Below are positions 60,501 to 64,000 of a stretch of 64,000 nucleotides of DNA, in pieces. Each line of letters opens with the position of its first letter. Position 1 is the stretch's first letter. A program made the translations under genes and the position numbers. The DNA is from Malacoraja senta. Lineage: Eukaryota. Under the pieces are notes generated by a model that saw only the letters and a list, made by a program, of their open reading frames with translations, was not told the DNA's origin and searched no databases. The stretch lies in the NCBI GenBank assembly GCA_038087875.1, contig CM075977.1, positions 353,586,001 through 353,650,000 of the forward strand, written 5' to 3'.

Positions 60501-61370
60501 GAGAGTTAACCAGTTCAAAGAAAGGGTTCCATGTATCTAGGAATGTCTTGGTAGAGCCTTTGAGAGAGAACCTACGTTTTTCAAGTTTCAAATTGTAAAG
60601 CACCTCCTTAATCCAACGGGCGTGTGTCGGGGGACAGGTAAGCCTCCAGTTAAGCAAGATCAGTCTTCGGGCTAACAAGGTTGTACAAGCTAGGACACGT
60701 TTCACCGCAACAGAGAGGTTGGTGTTGGGAGGGGTACCGAAAATGGCTGACATTGGGTTTGGAGGAATAGTCTGGTCGTAAGCTCTGCTTATCAATTCGA
60801 AAGCACTCCTCCAAAAGGCTGCTAGCTTAGGGCAAGACCAAAACATATGGCTATGGTTGGCAGGAGATTGATTACATCTGTTGCAGGTGTCAAATATTGT
60901 TTTTGATTTTTGTTTTGGATTGAATTCTCTCTTTAATTTGTGTACTCGTGATGTCTTTACTATTTATTTCATTCCGCTTACATGTTTCACTATTTGTTAA
61001 ACTTTGTAAGGTGTCCTTGAGACTTTTGACTAACATTTATTATTATTATTATTATTATTATTATATGTATGCAAAAAGGTTTACTTTTACATAAGATCTT
61101 CTTTGCAATTATTTTCAAAAACAGTATGGAAATAGATGCAGCAAAATAAGCAAAATGTTTTAGAGCCGTTGCACACCCAAAATAATAAATAAAAGAACCA
61201 AAATGTCAGTTCAATGCTTGTTAAAAATATTTACGGTAATCCTGACGATTACCAATAGCTACATTCGACCAGTTTTGTACTTTAGAAAACAGCAATGAAT
61301 TAATAGTCACCTCAATTCTCTTTGTATCACCACTTTCTTTATTAGATGATTTCTTATGCACCCCTTTAAC
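24425..61370 (-). CDS. TARS1: Threonine--tRNA ligase 1, cytoplasmic (spliced, exons 2-19)
   Basis: 18 GT-AG exons, 2094 nt = 697 aa + TGA; N-terminal [28 protein letters not shown] and C-terminal KQAEEEF match TARS1 rather than TARS3/TARS2; [31 protein letters not shown] and [10 protein letters not shown] catalytic motifs. Confidence 0.97.
25400..26230 (-). mobile_element. Old CR1 fragment
   Basis: Degenerate CR1 3' UTR and RT segments on the minus strand. Confidence 0.6.
26310..27432 (+). mobile_element. CR1 LINE internal fragment
   Basis: [38 protein letters not shown]. Confidence 0.88.
27756..27870 (-). CDS. TARS1: TARS1 exon 18
   Basis: [38 protein letters not shown]; ag/gtaagg. Confidence 0.95.
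28761..28833 (-). CDS. TARS1: TARS1 exon 17
   Basis: [24 protein letters not shown]; ag/gtgaaa. Confidence 0.95.
29000..29397. mobile_element. Partial non-autonomous TIR DNA transposon
   Basis: CpG-rich stretch ending TAAGTGGGACAGGCCC, the same terminus as 44913-45599. Confidence 0.6.
30694..31777. mobile_element. Tigger/pogo-like non-autonomous DNA transposon
   Basis: Inverted termini CACTCCCCGACTT (~30700) and AAGTCGGGGAGTG (~31760); contains a nested PLE-derived repeat. Confidence 0.55.
31893..31997 (-). CDS. TARS1: TARS1 exon 16
   Basis: [34 protein letters not shown]; ag/gtaata. Confidence 0.95.
33152..33252 (-). CDS. TARS1: TARS1 exon 15
   Basis: [33 protein letters not shown]; ag/gtaagc. 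Confidence 0.96.
33336..33413 (-). CDS. TARS1: TARS1 exon 14
   Basis: [26 protein letters not shown]; ag/gtaatt. Confidence 0.96.
33508..33645 (-). CDS. TARS1: TARS1 exon 13
   Basis: [46 protein letters not shown]; ag/gtttgt. Confidence 0.95.
33820..34100 (+). mobile_element. Short GC-rich insertion, possibly an RTE-derived SINE
   Basis: GC-rich island in an AT-rich intron, ending in a (GAT)n-like tail; family not confirmed. Confidence 0.3.
34690..34852 (-). CDS. TARS1: TARS1 exon 12
   Basis: [54 protein letters not shown]; ag/gtatat. Confidence 0.97.
34975..35700 (-). mobile_element. V-SINE (HE1-like) interrupted by retroposon copy B
   Basis: SINE head at ~35700, V-domain, tail at 34975-35058. 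Confidence 0.75.
35059..35488 (+). mobile_element. Unclassified non-autonomous retroposon, copy B (5'-truncated)
   Basis: Colinear with about 8930-9352, including the (TTGAAC)n tail. Confidence 0.75.
36599..36713. repeat. Foldback hairpin (~56-bp arms, 3-nt loop)
   Basis: CTGGAATGTATT..GATGGTGCAGTGACATAACCAGT ttt ACTGGCTGTGTCATTGCACCATC..AATACATTCCAG. Confidence 0.85.
36740..38400 (+). mobile_element. CR1 LINE (RT to 3' end)
   Basis: [35 protein letters not shown] and tail. Confidence 0.95.
38720..39515 (-). mobile_element. Two Rex1/Babar 3' fragments
   Basis: [41 protein letters not shown]; [29 protein letters not shown]. Confidence 0.75.
39520..40470 (-). mobile_element. Penelope-like element 3' part with GIY-YIG domain and pseudo-LTR
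   Basis: [61 protein letters not shown]. Confidence 0.92.
39582..39614 (-). ncRNA. Minimal type I hammerhead ribozyme motif (best-preserved copy)
   Basis: Minus strand AGU-CUGAAGA-A-GUGU(CUCG)ACCC-GAAA-CG-UC-AC; conserved core intact, one stem II mismatch. Confidence 0.65.
40579..40745 (-). CDS. TARS1: TARS1 exon 11
   Basis: [55 protein letters not shown]; ag/gtatgt. Confidence 0.97.
40980..41668 (-). mobile_element. Penelope-like element fragment
   Basis: [36 protein letters not shown]. Confidence 0.88.
42291..42626 (+). mobile_element. Non-autonomous Helitron, copy 2
   Basis: A|TC start, 3' hairpin GGGACCCAACGGGTCCC, CTAG|T end, no TSD; inside an old CR1 fragment. Confidence 0.88.
43241..43339 (-). 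CDS. TARS1: TARS1 exon 10
   Basis: [33 protein letters not shown]; ag/gtaggt. Confidence 0.97.
43824..43970 (-). CDS. TARS1: TARS1 exon 9
   Basis: [49 protein letters not shown]; ag/gttagt. Confidence 0.97.
44164..44242 (-). CDS. TARS1: TARS1 exon 8
   Basis: [26 protein letters not shown]; ag/gtaagt. Confidence 0.96.
44913..45599. mobile_element. MITE-like DNA transposon with ~74-bp TIRs and TA duplication
   Basis: TIR AAGGGCCTGTCCCACTTACGTGTCCTTGGCACGCAAATTACG.. at both ends; TA at 44911-44912 and 45600-45601. Confidence 0.9.
45882..45946 (-). CDS. TARS1: TARS1 exon 7
   Basis: [21 protein letters not shown]; ag/gtgagg. Confidence 0.96.
46765..49052 (-). mobile_element. CR1 LINE, interrupted at 48365-49016
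   Basis: ORFs 46854-47309, 47371-47727, 47752-48210 and 48161-48361 are CR1 ORF2 pieces. Confidence 0.95.
48365..49016 (-). mobile_element. Unclassified non-autonomous retroposon, copy D
   Basis: TSD CCATCAG (48358-48364 and 49017-49023); AATAAA plus (CTAAGT)n tail; shared hairpins. Confidence 0.75.
49568..49685 (-). CDS. TARS1: TARS1 exon 6
   Basis: [39 protein letters not shown]; ag/gtatgc. Confidence 0.96.
49784..49905 (-). CDS. TARS1: TARS1 exon 5
   Basis: [40 protein letters not shown]; ag/gtatgg. Confidence 0.96.
51158..52002 (-). mobile_element. Unclassified non-autonomous retroposon, copy E
   Basis: GGCGCC..ATGGCTGCC head, T-rich then G-rich leader, CpG-rich body, 3' hairpin, AATAAA plus (GTCCTTT)n tail. 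Confidence 0.7.
52240..52363 (-). CDS. TARS1: TARS1 exon 4
   Basis: [41 protein letters not shown]; ag/gtaagt. Confidence 0.96.
52655..53722 (+). mobile_element. Penelope-like element 3' part flanked by inverted pseudo-LTR pieces
   Basis: [45 protein letters not shown]; pLTR repeat in opposite orientations at about 52655-52810 and 53630-53722. Confidence 0.85.
55334..55524 (-). CDS. TARS1: TARS1 exon 3
   Basis: [63 protein letters not shown]; ag/gtggcg. Confidence 0.95.
55772..57565 (+). mobile_element. CR1 LINE
   Basis: ORFs 55811-56311 and 56987-57481 are CR1 ORF2; 3' tail present. Confidence 0.95.
57570..59595 (+). mobile_element. CR1 LINE with its RT core replaced by a Vingi-like fragment
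   Basis: Endonuclease/linker to [10 protein letters not shown] at 58678; CR1 3' end resumes at about 59320. Confidence 0.88.
58679..59319 (+). mobile_element. Ingi/Vingi-like (I-group) LINE 3' fragment
   Basis: [31 protein letters not shown]; [31 protein letters not shown] zinc knuckle; AAGAAGAAG tail. Confidence 0.7.
60047..61043 (+). mobile_element. Short retroposon with CAAGATGGCTGCC head and L2-type tail, split by an L1 fragment
   Basis: Head at 60047-60120; tail TGTAAGGTGTCCTTGAG..(TTA)n at about 61005-61043; ATATTGT repeated on both sides of the L1. Confidence 0.5.
60125..60892 (-). mobile_element. L1-clade LINE 3' fragment
   Basis: [45 protein letters not shown], typical of the fish L1 ORF2 C-terminus, followed by a 3' UTR with AATAAA. 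Confidence 0.88.
61311..61370 (-). CDS. TARS1: TARS1 exon 2
   Basis: [20 protein letters not shown]; ttgctttcag acceptor, gtgact donor; phase 0 joins LNPWP. Confidence 0.8.
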
Positions 61371-61824
61371 CTGAAAGCAAAAATATAATAAAAATCTTAA
61401 GAATTAGCACATAATATAGAATAATCACATTATATATACACTAGCCTTAGTCTCAGAAGGAGCCTTAATAAGTAATATTACTGGAACTCCTGGTTACAAG
61501 GAGGAAATTGGAGCCCTACACATTTATGACTAATCACACATTCATCATTGTAGGCGAATTTTCAAAACTACTATTTCAGTGGTGGAATCCAATGGTTTAA
61601 GAATTTTCTGGTTGTCATGCTGCAAATTCCACCCCCCGCCCTCCCGATTATTTTTTTCTTCATAGACTTTGCCCGATTCTTGGAAGTCCTTTCCCAAGCA
61701 CTGGTATCAAATCGGGGTATTTAACTACAATGATCTAATCTTTACAAGGCAAATGCAATATCATTTGCTGACATCCAATTCTGGGACGAGCACCAGTAAG
61801 AATTGACAATCCGTTTTTTTTTTT

Positions 61825-62848
61825 TAATAGTTTCGAAAATCAGCGTGGGACAGGCCCTTCGGCCCACCAAGTCCGTACCGTCCCCGCACATTAACACTAT
61901 CCTACACACACTAGGGACAATTTATATTTATAGACCACCAGGGGCGCCGGGGAGATGGCTGCCCTACCATCTGTTAGTTTTTTCATTATTTTTGTTATTT
62001 TTTAGTTTGTTAAAAGTTTTTTGTTTTAATGTTCTTCGGTTTGTTTTATGTGGGGGGGAGGGGGAGGGGATCGGGGGAAACTTTTTTTCAAGTTCTTACC
62101 TTCCCAGAGATGTGATCAATTTTCAGATCACATTCTCCGGGCTCTGCTGCCTTTCATTGATGGAGCTGGAAGCCTCCTCGGACTGTCGTGAGCCCCACAG
62201 TGGGGCGCGGACTTAACATCGGAGCGGATCCCTTGCCCGGGATCGTTCCCACTGCAACACCAAGGGCTCGCAGTCTCGGGTGAGGACGAGTCGGGAGCTC
62301 CAACGTCGTGGAAGGTTCACCAGCCCCGACGCGAGGTTCGATCGCCCGGCGCGGGGAAGTTGACATCCCCCGGATGCGGGAGCGGATCGCCTTGACGCGG
62401 AGGGCGATCGAAGATCATCCCGTCAACGGGGGCTCGAGGCCCACAACCGAGGAAGGACTAAAGGAAGAGACCTGAACTTTATTTCACCTTCCATCACAGT
62501 GAGGAATGTGTGGGAGTCACTGTGGTGGACGTTCATGTTAAAATGTGTTTTTGAGTGATCTGTTACTTTTAATTGTATGACTGACCTGGCCAATGAAATT
62601 CCTCGTATGTTGCAAAACATACTTGGTGAATAAAGTGTGATTCTGATTCTGATATTTATGCCAAGTCAATTAACCTACAAACCCACACGTCTTTGGCGTG
62701 TGGGAGGAAACCGGGGCACCCGGAGAAAACCCACACGGTCATGGGGAGAACGCGCAAACTCCGTACAGACAGCACCCGTAGCCAGGATCGAACCCAGGTC
62801 TTTGGTGCTGTAAGGCAGTAACTCTACCGCAGCGCCACCGTGCCGCCC
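61825..62848 (-). mobile_element. V-SINE (HE1-like) interrupted by retroposon copy C
   Basis: Head GGGCGGCACGGTGGCGCTGCGG at 62848, B-box GGTTCGATCC, V-domain; tail at 61825-61931. Confidence 0.85.
61932..62651 (+). mobile_element. Unclassified non-autonomous retroposon, copy C
   Basis: TSD ATATTTAT (61924-61931 and 62652-62659); GGCGCC..ATGGCTGCC head; AATAAA plus (TTCTGA)n tail. Confidence 0.78.
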
Positions 62849-63307
62849 TCAGATCTTAATCAAGGCAGCTATGAGCAAACTAAAATTAATGCGTATAACT
62901 CGTTTCCAAAACAGGAAATAACAACCAGGACTGGATCCAAATTGACATCGCTCTTGGGGTGATGCCGCATTAATTGTTGGAATCAGCTGCGAACTGTCAA
63001 GGCACGAATAGTCAGAATATCCATCAGCGGTAATAATGGGGACACAAGGAACTGCAGATATGGAATCTTGAGCAAAACACAAAGTGCTGGAGTAATTTAG
63101 CATCCGTGGAGGATGTGGATGGTTGACGTTTCGGGTCTGACTACGGGGTGGGGGAAGCTAGAAGAGATGAGTGAGCAGGGCAAAGCCTGACGAGTGATGA
63201 TGAGTAGATACACGAGAGTAGCAGGAATCACGGAGGGGAAGCAGAGAAAGGGGATTTCACAGAACTCCCATTGGAGAGAGGAGGAGAACCTGCGGTTAGA
63301 AGCGTGT

Positions 63308-63690
63308 GCAGCAGCAGCACCACCACCACTACCAGTAGTACCATCAGCAGCAGCAGCACCAGCACTACCAGTAGTACCACCAGCAGCAGCACCACCAGCA
63401 CTACCAGTAGTACCACCAGCAGCAGCACCAGCACTACCAGTAGTACCATCAGCAGCACCAGCACTACCACCAGCAGCAGCACCAGCACTACCAGTAGTAC
63501 CACCAGCAGCAGTACCACCAGCACTACCAGTAGTACCACCAGCAGCAGTACCAGCACTACCAGTAGTACCACCAGCAGCAGCACCACCACCAGCAGCAGC
63601 ACCATCACCAGCAGCAGCACCACCACCAGCAGCAGCAGCAGCACCAGCAGCACCACCACCACCACCCAACCAGCAGCACCACCACCACCA
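63308..63690. repeat. Cryptic trinucleotide (CAG/CAC/TAC/TAG) array with a ~30-33-bp higher-order unit
   Basis: CAGCAGCACCAGCACTACCAGTAGTACCAC repeated about 8 times, then mostly CAG/CAC triplets. Confidence 0.92.
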
Positions 63691-63730
63691 GGTGGGACAG
63701 GGAGGCGGACGAAGGGACGACCCCCCCCAT
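63689..63730 (-). CDS. TARS1: Candidate TARS1 exon 1 (MGGVVPSSASLSHL)
   Basis: CAAGATGG start context in CpG-rich DNA; KMGG recalls the human N-terminus; phase-0 but weak GTGGTG donor. Confidence 0.25.
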
Positions 63731-64000
63731 CTTGACATTTGAGCGCAATTGGTTCCGCGCCGCCACGAAGCCGGATCTAAGACACAAAATGCTGGAATAA
63801 CTCAGCGGGACGGGCAGCATCTCTGGAGAGAAGGAATGGGGGACGTTTCGGGTCGAGACCTTCCCTTGTGTGTCTATCTTCGGTTTAAACCAGCATCTGC
63901 AGTTCCTTCCTACACTCTTCGTTGCCCGGCCCGGCCTCAGAAAGCCGGTGACCAGGGGCCGACAATGCCGAGAGGACAGCTCTACTGTGTCCAGGGCCGG

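Noticed and set aside
24425-61370. TARS3 (TARSL2) or mitochondrial TARS2 identity
   Set aside because: [22 protein letters not shown] and KQAEEEF fit TARS1; 677 residues from LNPWP to the end matches TARS1 as I recall it.
63097-63742. Pro/Ala-, Ser/Thr- or Gly-rich proteins
   Set aside because: The open frames follow directly from the triplet array, with no supporting gene structure.

Overview
Eukaryotic vertebrate genomic DNA. The repeat complement (HE1/V-SINEs, CR1/HER1 LINEs, Penelope, Rex1) points to a cartilaginous fish, probably a skate or ray. One host gene is present: cytoplasmic threonyl-tRNA synthetase TARS1 on the minus strand. I mapped 18 coding exons by hand between 24425 and 61370; they have GT-AG boundaries, consistent phases and give 697 codons plus stop. 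Exon 1 is uncertain and lies near or beyond the right edge. Most of the remaining recognisable sequence is transposon-derived: the 3' half of an env-less class I endogenous retrovirus (pol remnant, PPT, 3' LTR), an internally deleted Gypsy element, many CR1 LINEs, Penelope fragments, two non-autonomous Helitrons, TIR elements, L1, Vingi-like and Rex1 fragments, and SINEs. There is a 158-N assembly gap. Most interesting: (i) a five-copy unclassified non-coding retroposon family whose two hairpins keep pairing despite sequence change; (ii) many minimal hammerhead-ribozyme motifs in Penelope-derived repeats, some in sense within TARS1 introns; (iii) inverted CR1 copies bracketing the 555-nt phase-0 block of exons 3-6, a circRNA/exon-skipping architecture; (iv) a Helitron carrying an ordered core-promoter cassette. 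All calls come from reading the sequence by eye; no searches were run.
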